Notes under the pieces: model-generated
What the model was told of the DNA's origin: nothing
Database searches by the model: none
What the model saw: the letters and a program-made list of their open reading frames with translations, nothing else
Translations under genes and position numbers: made by a program
DNA from: Bryobacterales bacterium
GTDB lineage: Bacteria; Acidobacteriota; Terriglobia; Bryobacterales; UBA6623
Length of the DNA: 64,000 nucleotides
NCBI GenBank assembly: GCA_963422375.2
Contig: OY729428.2
Location: 1,952,001-2,016,000, forward strand
Direction of reading: 5' to 3'
In this document: positions 41,782-52,461 of the stretch, piece by piece
How positions within the stretch are numbered: the first letter of the stretch is position 1
Layout of the letters: the number at the start of each line of letters is the position of its first letter

Positions 41782-41867
41782 TTACAAAACTAGTATCCCC
41801 TTGGTAAAAAAGATATTAAGTCCAATCTATCAAGGCAAAGATTTCGCTGAAATGCTACGAATAGTCC

Positions 41868-43206
41868 CGCCCATGCAACTCCGAAGTGCGACACGCGCCG
41901 AGCCACAAGATGGCAGGGAGGGGAGAGGGGGGGCAGCGAGCGGTGGTGTGGCGGCAGTAGGCTGGTAGGTGCTGGAAGGAGCAGGGAGGCGGATGCGGAA
42001 GAGCTACACGCACGTGAGGCAGGAGGAGCGCTGCCGGAGCGAGACGCTGCGGGCGGCGGGCTGGGGAGCGGACAGGATCGCCGGGCAGCCGGGCCGCAAC
42101 CGGGCCACGATCTACCGGGAAGTGAGCCGCAACGGCCGACCGGCGGAGGGCGAGCGCGCGGCGAGCTACAGCTTGGGGAGCGCGCGGGAGCGCGCGGCGT
42201 CGTGCCGGCCGCGCCAGCTGACGTCGGCGCTGCGGACGCGGAGCGAGGACTGCCTGCGGCAGGACTGGAGCCCGGAGCAGGAGCCCGGAGCAGGTCGCGG
42301 CGCGGCTGAAGCGGGAAGGGGCGCTGGAGATCAGCCCTGAACGGATCTACCAGCTGGTGCGCGCGGAGCGGCGGCAGGGGGGCCGGCTGTACCGGCACCT
42401 GAGGCAGGGCGGCCGCAAGCGCGTGCGGCGGGTCGGCCGGACGGCGGGCCGCGGCCTGATCCCGGGGCGCGCGGACATCGCGGAGCGCCCGGCGGAGGCG
42501 CGAGCGCAGGCGCGCGTCGGCGAGCGGGGGGCCGACAGCGTGATCGGCGGGCAGCGCCGCGGGGCGCTGGTGACGCTGGTGGACCGGTTCTCTAAGTACC
42601 TGCTAGTGCAGCCGGTTAGCCGGCGCACGGCGCAGCTGGTCGGGGCGGCGATGACGGCCATGCTCGCAGGGATGCTCGCAGGGAGCGGGGCCGTGACGCA
42701 CACGCTCACGGCCGACAACGGCAAGGAGTTCGCGGGGCACCGGGAGGCACCGGGAGGTGGCGCAGCGGCTGGGGGCGGGCTTCTGCTTCGCGCGGCCCTG
42801 CCACTCCTGGGAGCGCGGGCTGAACGAGCCTGCCAACGGGCTGCTGCGGCAGTACTTCCCGCAGGGGACGGACCTGCGGCGGGTGGACCCGGCCCGGGTG
42901 CGGGAGGCGCGGGACCGCCTGAACCGGCGTCCGCGGAAGGTGCCGGGCGGGCGCACGCCGGAGGAAGTCTTCCGGGCGGAGCGGGAGCGGGTGCCGCGGG
43001 GCTGAGGCAGGGCTGGCAGCCCGCCGCGGGGACAGGGGCGCGGGGGAGCTGCGCCCGGACAGGCGCGGATTCGACCCTCCGGGCCTTGCTGCGGTCGCTG
43101 CGGCCCGGCAGCGGCTTGTCCGGCGCCGCTGGATCTGCTACTGTGGTCCTAGTATCCCAGCCCACCGCCCCTTACCCGCGTGTCGCACTTCGGAGTTGAA
43201 TGGGCG
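41868..43206 (+). mobile_element. IS30-family element, degenerate transposase
   Basis: 30-bp TIRs CGCCCAT(G/T)CAACTCCGAAGTGCGACACGCG; 2-bp TSD CC; HTH TIYREVSRN, TLTADNGKEF, SWERGLNE..NGLLRQYFP, LNRRPRK. Confidence 0.93.
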
Positions 43207-44278
43207 CCTGATTACCCACAAGACTCGGCCAAGGTTAGGAGGCGGCAAGGCCTGGGCGGGGTGCGCACGGAGGCGTGGAGCAGGCGGGGGACCAGCGCCT
43301 CCAGATCGTAGCGGCGGTTGAAGCGGTAGCGGAACTCGGCGAGGTACCGCGGCAGGTGCTTGCCGTCGAGCGCATGGCAGGTTCCCGCCAGGGACTGCTT
43401 GACGTGCGCCAGCATCGTGTTGACCCGGACGTTGACCCGGACGAAGCGGAAATCCCCGCAGCTCCGCTGCCCGCCTCCGGTGACGGTCGGCACGTGCTCG
43501 CAGCCGGCGCCGGCCACGCCCCGGAAGCAGGCCGGGCCGTCGGAATGCACCTCCGTGCCGGGCTGCAGGTGCCGCCCGGCCCACGCTGCCAGCGTCTTCT
43601 TGCGCAAGCCCGCCACGCTGCTCAGGCGCATCCTTGCCGGCGGCGGTGACCTGCACGGCGGCGACCAACGGCGTCTTGCCCGCCGCGCCGCGCCCGCGCT
43701 TGCCACCGGTCCGCTCCCCGCCCCAGTAGGCCCCAGTAGGCATCGTCCACCTGTACGATGCCGCCCGGCGGCACGCGCTCGTCGCGCTCCTTCAGCACTT
43801 GCAGGAGCTTGTGCTGCACATTCCAAGCCGTGTCTTCCAGGCCGTGTTCCGGCTGACCCCCAGCTGCCGCGCCAGTTCCAGCGACGAAACGCCGTGCTGG
43901 CCCTGCGTCAGCAGGTGGATCGCCAGGAACCAGACGGTCAGCGGCAGCTTGGTGGCGGCGAAGATCGTGCCGGCGACGAGGGAGGTCCGGCGGTGGCAGG
44001 CATGGCACTGCCGGAGCTTGCGGGAGCGGATGCGGCAGTGCCGCCGGGAGCCGCACTCCGGGCAGCGGAAGCCGTCCGGCCGCCGTCCGGCCAGCGGGCG
44101 TTGAAGACGGCGTGCTCGCATGGCCCCTCGCTGCCGTAGCGCTGCAGGAACTTGCCCGGGCTGAGTCCCTTCTGCAATTGCACGCGATTGCGTTTCAGCT
44201 GCTATCCCCTTTCCTGTCAGAGATTTCCGACCTCCTTCAGTATAGCATATCCTCGGCTGACGTTCGTTGGTAATCAGG
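43207..44278 (-). mobile_element. IS1595-family element with CCTGATT-type ends (IS1595 subgroup), degenerate
   Basis: TIRs CCTGATTACC (43207-43216) / GGTAATCAGG (44269-44278); N.VQLQKGLS, RWPDGF.CP.C, VQVDDAY.GG, SDG, YLAEFRYRFNRR; no TSD. Confidence 0.9.
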
Positions 44279-45532
44279 AAGACTTTTGCGCCCCTCAGTA
44301 GATCAGGTTAATATGAGATTTTTATCCGTGTATTTGGCCTGCACAGTGGATCAATATTCTTCATTGATCACCTTAGATGATGATGGGAAATTGAAGATTA
44401 TATCCTCAGAATATATCTCTAGATATGTCGATAAATCAAATAAGTATATTGTCACAATTGTAAATCCAATGACAGGCTCAGTTTCTGACTCTCATCGACA
44501 CGAAGTTCAAGTCTGGACTCACCGAATGGCGCAATTGCGTGAAGGCGGATAGGGCTGCTTGGTCCTCCTATGTGGTGACATTCTCTGCTGTGCAAGCGAG
44601 AATTGAGGTTTTTCGGCTTGTATTCTTCTGGATCGGCGAATAATGCCACTTCTGCTTCTGCAACTGAGGAGCCGGACCGGTCGGCACCACGCACGGCAAC
44701 AGTCCCACCGGACACCGGACTGCGGGCTCCACTGCTTTGACGGGGACGGGTCCGTGCGCCATTCCGTCGTACCGTTGCTATCCCAGCATATGCTCGCCGG
44801 CCATTGCCAGGCGGTCGGTGGCCATTGCACAGTCGCTCGTCCAGGCCCGGCCGCGCGGCCCGCTGGGCCGTTGATGGGATCGATGGACCAACGGTCGCGA
44901 AGGAGTCCCGGCAACCTGCACTGTCCGATGGCCCTTGGATGACGTTGGGCTTGCGCGGGCCGAGGCGCACGGAACCCATTGTGGGCGGGAAGCGGCAAGA
45001 TTCCGCGCGGTCAGATCTACCCGCGCAGATACGTCCCGTCCATTGAACTGCAGACGCGGGCACCCGAAGCCGAACGAAATGCGTCGAATGGCTCGGTGCG
45101 ACGGACCGGTAGGCTCGCTGCGAGGGAGTGCCGGAGACGTTCGACTTGCTCGGCCGCACGTACCGCTGCGCTAGGAGCTTGGACGGACGCGTCCGCCTGG
45201 CGGGGCAGCGGGTCGCGGCTACCCCCATCTGAGCACTTGAGCCACTTCCTGGGGCCGCTGCAGACGCCGCGGCGTAGCTTGCAGCGGGTCGCGTCAGGTG
45301 GGAGCCATGAGCGGCCCGGTCCCGGAAACTCTGGCAGCGCACACGCGAACCCTACCCCCGACGTGACGCCCGTTCCGCCGTCAACTACCTCAGATTGAAG
45401 CCGGATGCGCTGGTGTTCATTTCCGCATCTGGGCGGGATGCACCGGGCAGCAGGTGGTCTTCCTGCGATGCTCCGAGGTGCCCGCTGCTCGGTTTCGACG
45501 CGATTCGCAGGCCCGTAGTACTCTGGTTCCCG

Positions 45533-46399
45533 GTGGGCCCATCCGGATCGGCGAACAGGCCTCGGATCGCCGAGTGGGTCCTTGCGGGCTACTTCGCTTA
45601 TACGCTGGCTCTAGCGTTCGTCCTGTCGCTGGCAGGGGGCGCACGGCTTATGGTCCTGTGCGCGAGTGCCGGTGCGCTCGCGACCCTCCACTGGTTCGGC
45701 CGCTCGAGCGCGGCGCGCCTGCCAACCCTAGTGCGAGATGGGCTGCCGATTGCCGGCGTCCTGCTCGCCTACAGACAGATCGGCTGGTTCGCGCAGCCGC
45801 AATCAGACCGTGCCTTGGAGGCGGCTTGGGTTCGCTGGGACCGCCTGCTGCTCTCCGAGTGGAGGCTCCAAGCGGCCATCGAGTCGCTGGGCCCGGTCAT
45901 TCCGGGAGCACTGGAACTGCTGTACCTCTTGACATATGTCGTCGCCCCGGCGGGCTTGGCCATTCTCTGGGCGCTTGGCCGCATGGATCGCGCAGACCAT
46001 TTGCTGGCGTTCTTCGCGGCGTCTGCGGTCGCATCCTACGCGCTGTACCCGTACTTTCCCTCGGAGACTCCCCGGACGCTGTTTCCCGGCGACTTGGTAG
46101 GGAATTACGACACGGTCTTCCGGCGCTTCAACTGGTGGATCCTCGGGGGAGCCGGGATTCATACGAGCGTTTTCCCCAGCGGTCACGTCTCGTCGGCGTT
46201 CGGCGTGGGTTTCGGGCTGCTTCACGCCCTCCCGCGCCTCAAGCGCTACGGAGTCGCATTGACCCTCGTCGCCGTCGGCATCGCGGTCGCGACGGTGTAC
46301 GGGCGGTATCACTACGCAGTTGACGCGCTGGCCGGGCTGGCGGCGAGCGGGGCGGCCTCGGTCGCCTGCGTGATCGCGTTCCGCCGCCGACTGCGTTGA
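45533..46399 (+). CDS. PAP2-family membrane phosphatase/phosphotransferase (Aur1/Ipt1-like)
   Basis: FPSGH and YGRYHYAVDALAG motifs; multiple TM helices; start inferred. Confidence 0.88.
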   Translation: MGPSGSANRPRIAEWVLAGYFAYTLALAFVLSLAGGARLMVLCASAGALATLHWFGRSSAARLPTLVRDGLPIAGVLLAYRQIGWFAQPQSDRALEAAWVRWDRLLLSEWRLQAAIESLGPVIPGALELLYLLTYVVAPAGLAILWALGRMDRADHLLAFFAASAVASYALYPYFPSETPRTLFPGDLVGNYDTVFRRFNWWILGGAGIHTSVFPSGHVSSAFGVGFGLLHALPRLKRYGVALTLVAVGIAVATVYGRYHYAVDALAGLAASGAASVACVIAFRRRLR

Positions 46400-46494
46400 G
46401 TGCGCTCGCGGGTGCCGGGCCGGCTGGCCCGCGAGAGTCGGGCTGCCGGATTCCCTGGCCGACGTACGGCGGATCGCCAATACCATGTAAGACG

Positions 46495-47931
46495 ATGCCT
46501 GTGCAAATCCGGGATTTGGATCAAGACGCTTTCGGCCTAGCCGGGATGGTGCGGCGCGGGGAGGTGTCGGCAGTCGAGCTAGTCGATGCCGCGATCGACG
46601 CCATCGAGCGCACCAATGGCGACGTCAACGCGGTCGTCACGCCCATGTTCGAGATCGCAAGGGCGGAAGCGGCGCGGGCGCTGCCCGCGACCCCGTTCGC
46701 GGGCGTTCCCTTTCTGCTCAAGGACCTCCGCGCGCGCTACGCGGGCGTTCCCACTTCCGAAGGCAACCGCCTGCTTGGCGCGTCCCGAGCGCGCTACGAC
46801 AGCGAGATCGTTTCGCGGCACAAACGGGCCGGCCTGATCTGCGTAGGAAAGACGAACACGCCCGAGTTCGGGCTGACTGCCACGACCGAGCCCCATGCCT
46901 TCGGCCCGACCCGCAATCCCTGGGATCTGGGCCGAACGCCGGGCGGCTCGAGCGGGGGTGCGGCGGCTGCCGTGGCGGCTAGGGCAGTGCCGATGGCGCA
47001 CGCGAGCGACGGGGGGGGATCGATTCGGATTCCGGCTGCGTGCTGCGGGTTGGTAGGCCTCAAGCCCACGCGCGGGAGGTCGCCTCTCGGCCCGGACGCC
47101 GGGGACGTGATGAACGGGCTCGTGGTCGAGCACGCCGTTGCCCTCTCGGTGAGGGACAGCGCGGCCCTTCTCGACGCGACGGAAGGCCCGGACCCAGGCG
47201 ATCCGTACTGGGCCCCTCCCAAACTGCGTCCGTTCCTTGACGAGACGCAGGCCGCTCCCGGCAGGCTCCGCGTCGCCTTCTCGGCGGCCTCCCCATCCGG
47301 AGGGCCAGTCCACGCGGCCTGCAAGACGGCGGTGGATTCGACGGCGTCGCTACTCGAGGAATTGGGGCACGATGTCGAGGAAGCCGCCCCGGAGTATGAC
47401 GACCGCGCGTTCCGCGTCGCGTTCACGACCGTTTGGTTCTCGAATCTCGCCGCCAATCTGGCGAGCATGGCGGACGCGCTGGGCTGCGAGCTGACCGAGG
47501 CGCACTGCGAGCGGGCCACGCTGGAGTACGGCGCTAGGGGCGCCGAGCACAGCGCGGCGGACTACGTCGCGGCTGTCGCGAGCATCCAAGCGACCAGCCG
47601 TCGTGTCGCGCGCTTCTACGAGACGTTCGATGTCTCCTTGACGCCGACCCTGGCCGCTCCGCCGCCGCGGATCGGCCGGCTACATCCAGCCGAGGGCGAA
47701 GCCGACGTGCGACCCTACGGGAGGCGGGTGAGGGAATTCGCGCCCTTCACGCAGCTTGCGAACGCCACCGGTCAGCCAGCGATCTCGCTGCCGCTCTACT
47801 GGCAGGACGGACTGCCTGTCGGAGTGCAGTTCACAGCCCGCTTCGGCGACGAAGCGACGCTGTTCCGGCTGGCGTCGCAATTGGAAGCGGCCCGGCCTTG
47901 GGCCCGCCGTCGGCCGCCTCTGTGCGCCTAG
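46495..47931 (+). CDS. Amidase signature family enzyme
   Basis: [52 protein letters not shown]. Confidence 0.95.
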   Translation: MPVQIRDLDQDAFGLAGMVRRGEVSAVELVDAAIDAIERTNGDVNAVVTPMFEIARAEAARALPATPFAGVPFLLKDLRARYAGVPTSEGNRLLGASRARYDSEIVSRHKRAGLICVGKTNTPEFGLTATTEPHAFGPTRNPWDLGRTPGGSSGGAAAAVAARAVPMAHASDGGGSIRIPAACCGLVGLKPTRGRSPLGPDAGDVMNGLVVEHAVALSVRDSAALLDATEGPDPGDPYWAPPKLRPFLDETQAAPGRLRVAFSAASPSGGPVHAACKTAVDSTASLLEELGHDVEEAAPEYDDRAFRVAFTTVWFSNLAANLASMADALGCELTEAHCERATLEYGARGAEHSAADYVAAVASIQATSRRVARFYETFDVSLTPTLAAPPPRIGRLHPAEGEADVRPYGRRVREFAPFTQLANATGQPAISLPLYWQDGLPVGVQFTARFGDEATLFRLASQLEAARPWARRRPPLCA

Positions 47932-47974
47932 CCGAGCCGGAGAGCGTGAGAGCCGGCGTCTGCCGGCCCGCCCG

Positions 47975-48829
47975 CTACCGCAGGTTGCGGGCGGGGAAGC
48001 GCTTCGCGACTCGTTCGTAGATCTCCGTCATCGCTTCGATGAACGAATTGTGCCGATCCCAGAATTCCGGGTAGTCTCCCTCGCGTCTCAGCAGAAGAGC
48101 AGGCACCGGGGGCGGCGGCCGCTCGGCGGTCACCGCCCTCGGCAGTGGGGTCCCGCGCCAGAAGGCCCGCAGATCGTCCGGCGCGGCATGCTCCGCGACC
48201 GCGCCGACATCCGGCAGCCGGGGCTCTCGGAGCGCCGCTTCGAGACTCGGATCGCTCTCCGCACCTGGCTCGAGCAGGGCGGCCCCGAACTGGGACTTCT
48301 TCAGCGAGGCCATCAGTTTCTTGCGATTCATCCCGCGGAGTTCGAACAGCAGCAGCGGGTCACGGTCCAACAGGGCGGCCACGTGGTAGTAGACGCCAGC
48401 CACGTGCTTGCATGGGTTCGCGAAGTCCGGGCAAGAGCAGGACGCATGCAGGTCCTCTCGCATCCGGGGCAGCAGCTTGACCTTGGATCCGTCGAGAGCA
48501 TCCTCAATCGTTGGCGGCACCTCGCCGAGAATCAGGTGCGTCACCCAGTCGGCGTTCGTGCCCAAGCGCTCGAGGATGCCCTTCCAGCGCTGCGCGGGGA
48601 TTCGCTCAAACTCGATCGCCACCTCGTAGTAGGGCGTCTCGTGCACGCCGAAGTAGGCGCTGATGTTCCCCTTGATCGTGGCGGTGATCCTGCCAGCCTT
48701 CATGCCGAAGGCTGCGCGCCGATGCGCGCGCGCGTAGCTGCGGCCCCTCGCCAGCCGCCCCGGCTCCATGAATGTCTCGAGCGCTCCGAGAAACTTCTGG
48801 CCCTACCAAGTCTTGCCCCGGTTCGCCAT
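47975..48829 (-). pseudogene. SWIM zinc-finger protein with nonsense codon at codon 9
   Basis: MANRGKTW*GQKFLGALETFMEPGRLARGRSYA; TAG at 48803-48805 where the family has TWWG; SWIM motif CSCPDFANPCKHVA. Restart at M48769 is possible. Confidence 0.8.
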
Positions 48830-48845
48830 GCCCCTGCCGTCCCGC

Positions 48846-51800
48846 TCAGCCCACCACAGCCTCGGAGCGGTCCAGCGCGACCAGCGCCCGGAGCGTGTCG
48901 TTGTCCAGGCTCGCCAGCCACGACTCGTCCGTTCCGACGACGTCCTCGGCCAGCTGCTTCTTCGATTCGATGAGTTCGTCGATCCGCTCCTCGAGCGTCC
49001 CCATGGTGACCATCTTGTGAACGAAGACTGTCCTCTCCTGCCCGATGCGGTATGCCCGGTCGGTGGCTTGGTTCTCCACGGCGGGATTCCACCAGCGATC
49101 GAAGTGAATCACGTGATTGGCTCGGGTCAACGTGATGCCCGTGCCGCCGGCCCGCAGCGAGAGCACGAACACCGCCCGATCCATGTCGGGGTTCTGGAAC
49201 TCCTGCACCATGTGCTCCCGCAGCGCCCGCGGGGTGCCGCCGTGCAGGTAGTAGACCGCACCCCCGAATCGCGAGCGGAACAGCCGCTCGAGCGCCTTGC
49301 CGACTTCGGAGAACTGGGTGAACACCAGGGCGCTTTCTCCTTCCGCCTCGACTTCCTCGAGCATCTCGCAGACGCGGGCGAGCTTGTGTGAGCGCGCTGG
49401 TGCGAATTCGGTGCCGTCCTGCAGGAACTGCGCCGGGTGGTTGCAGATCTGCTTCAGGCGCATCAGAGTGGTGAGCACTACGCCCTGCCGGGCGATTCCA
49501 TCCTCGCCCCGCAGCTGCGCATCCAAGTCCTTGACAACGGCCTCGTACAGCGCAGCCTGCTCCGGCGTCAGGTTGCAGAGGGAGTTCCGCTCGACCTTTT
49601 CGGGCAGGTCCCGGATGATCTCCTTGTTGGTCTTCATGCGCCGCAGGATGAACGGCCGCACCAATCCGCGTAGCCGTTCGCTAGCGCCGCGGTCCTTCTC
49701 GCGCATGATCGGGCGCTCGATCGTCTTGCGGAACTCGCTGATCGTGCCGAGATACCCGGGATTGAGGAAGCTGAAGAGCGACCACAAGTCCAGCAGGCGG
49801 TTCTCGACCGGCGTGCCGGTGAGCGCGATGCGGCGGTCGGCCTTGATCCCGCGAATGGCCTTGGTGATCGCGGCGGTGGGATTCTTGATGTTCTGCGACT
49901 CGTCGACCACCAGCCGGTGCCACCGCATCCGCCTGAGCACGGCCGCGTCCAGCCTAGCCACGCCGAACGAGGCGATCACGAGATCGCTGCCACGGACCGC
50001 GCTCGCCAGGGCCGCCTTGCTCTTGGGGCGCTGAGGCCCGTGGTGGATGTAGGTGACCAGGCCCGGGGCGAACCGCCGGGCTTCCCTCTGCCAGTTCCCG
50101 AGGACCGACGTTGGAGCGACCAGCAAGGTGGGTCCGGCCTCCGGGTTCCGGGTCTTGTCCCCGAGGATCGCGGCCAATACTTGGATCGTCTTGCCAAGTC
50201 CCATGTCGTCGGCGAGGCAGGCACCGAGACCGAGGCGCTCCAGATACGTCAGCCACGAATAGCCTCGCACCTGGTATGTGCGCAGGGTGCCGGCGAAAGC
50301 GGGCGGCTGCTCTAGGATTTCGAGCCTGTCGGGCTCCAGCAGGCCGGCGAGGATCTGGCGCGCATCGCCTTCGAGGACGACCTCGACCTGGGCGCCGTCC
50401 TCCCGCGCCCGGGCCTGCAGAAGCTCGGACAGCGTGCTCGTCTGGAGGGCCCCGCCGGAATCCCAGTACTCCTCGAGACTGGCGACCTCGTCGCGGCGCA
50501 ATTCCATCCACTGCCCGCGCAATTGGACGAGGCCTTCCTTGGTGTCGACGATCTGCTTCCACTCGCTGCGAGCCAGCGGCTGCCCGTCCAGCACGACCTG
50601 GGGCTCGAACTCCAACAGGGCGTCGGTCGCCGAGCATCCCGGACGATTCCGTGCCTTGGGTTTCCCCGCCGCTTCCGCCGGTCGTTCGGAGTCGCAGGCG
50701 CAGCCGGCGCTGGCCTGTCGCCGTCCACCAGGACGGCACGATTACGCGGAAGCCGGCACCCTGGAGGATCGGGGCCTGCTCTCGCAGGAAATCGAGCGCC
50801 TCGTCTCGGAGGAGGCTGACCTCGCTGGGCACCTCGCTGCGCATTCCCTCCCAGAGCTTGCCGTAGAGCCGCGCCGCTTGGCCGAGCTGCCGGAGGACCG
50901 CCCGGACCCGACCCGGTTCTGGGCGGCCGCCACCGCCCGGCTCCCAGAACTCGCGCAACGGCACGAGCATCGATGGATCGTCAGGCGAGCTGAGCAGCCA
51001 CTCCAGGCGCCAGGAATCCGCTTGGTCCGCCGTGGGGTCGCTGAGCCGCATGCAGACCAGTTCCTGGGCGGGGCTAGAGGATCGCTGAATCCGGTCTCGC
51101 CAGCGCCGCCACATCCGCCATAGAGACTCGTCCACAGGCGGAGGCGGAGAAGTCGGGCGCACGACTTCGGAGGACGGACGCAGGCCGCGCTCCAGGAGCG
51201 AATTCTCGACATGCTTGTACACGGCCTGCGTGTAGTTCGTCTGCCGGACGGCAAGCTGCAGCTGGGCCTGCAGGAAGTGCCGGACTAGCGCGCGGGGATC
51301 GCGCAGCGTGGCCCGGCCGCCGACGAACTCCGGCGGTTCAGGCCAGAGCGAGCGGCACACGAGGGGCATCGCCCGGGAAAAGGGCTCTTCGATGTCCGAC
51401 TGCACCGAGTCGGCCCACTCCCAGGTCACTTCGAATTCCGCCTGCGGCGCGGAGATCATCCGGCGCCTGCCCCGCCGCCTGGGCGCTGGCTGTGGGGGCT
51501 TGGCTTGCGCGTGGATGGCGGGCAGGTACTCGTGCCCGCGAAGCGCCTGGCCGAGGCTCGCCGCGAGGTTTCGCCAGAAGTGGAGATCCTGGCCCAAGCG
51601 CAGGTGTCCCGCGGCGACTGGGCCGGCCAAGGCCAATAACGCCAAGACCTCCAGCGGGTCCTCCACCTCGACGGCAGCCACGTGCCAGACGCCCCAGCTC
51701 GAGGCCTCACGATCGCGGTCGACCAGAGCCTGCAGATCCAGCGACGGCGCGGGTCGCGAGCCGTCGCCGGGAAGGACGGCCCAGGCGCCCTCCGTGCGGG

Positions 51801-52098
51801 GAAGGATCGCGGGCGCAGGCCCCCTAGGTGCTTGAAGTGCCTCGGTCAGCCTCTCAGCGAGAGACTGGAGGCACACTTGGAACGGATGCTCGCCGTCCTC
51901 TGCGCGAGTCTCTGCGACAGCCTCCGCCCAGAAGACGAAGCGCCCCTCCCCCGCGTCCGGCAGCCAGCCGCCGTGCAGGACGCACGGCAGGGGACCCGTC
52001 GCGGTGGGACCGGCCGCACTGTCCGGCGCAACGCCATCGCTTGGCACTGCAATTGGCTCCCGCCCCGTTTGATCGCTCTGGAGGGTACCTCCGCGCAC
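48846..52098 (-). pseudogene. SNF2/SWI2 helicase (DUF3670-type N-region), frameshifted near 50625
   Basis: LADDMGLGKT, DESQNIKN, TGTPVENR, RLKQICNHP, DRWWNPAVENQATDRAYRIGQ; N-part (VLHGGW...VIVPSWW) lies in a different frame. Confidence 0.88.
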
Positions 52099-52461
52099 TG
52101 TCTAGATCCAGCGTATCAGCAGCTACCGCCGCCCGGCGGCGGGAGCGCCGCGTTCCGCGCAACCCCCGGGCGCTAGGCTGGACCACGGCGTCTCGAGCGC
52201 ACCGGCTCCTTGCGGTGTCCCCGCCCTTCGCGCCCGGGCGAAGCGCCGGGCGCTGCCACATCGCATGGGCCGGAAGGCCGGCCGGGGCATTGCCGCCGGT
52301 ACCTAGGTCAACGCGCGGCCCGTCCTTCCGAGAACGGGGCCCTGCATCGAGCGTGGCGCCGGTCCCGCGGCTAGCCTCGCGCCGCGACTACCGGCTCCTT
52401 GCGAACGGCCGCGCCGACCCATCGATCTCGAGCGACGGGATTCGTCGCACCCGACGCGAGT

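Larger units (their letters stand above)
40017..44552 (+). pseudogene. AT-rich foreign gene split by three IS elements (pieces 40017-40166, 41790-41865, 44279-44552)
   Basis: The three pieces join in one frame after IS removal, with one internal TAA; composition much more AT-rich than host genes. Confidence 0.6.

Noticed and set aside
980..48805. TAG reassignment or readthrough explaining in-frame TAGs (980, 20565, 22155, 48803)
   Set aside because: Many intact genes end in TAG, prfA is intact, and the TBDR pseudogene also has TGA and TAA stops.
52191..52434. 14-bp direct repeat ACCGGCTCCTTGCG between SNF2 and hflX
   Set aside because: Two copies only in GC-rich intergenic DNA, with no associated element.
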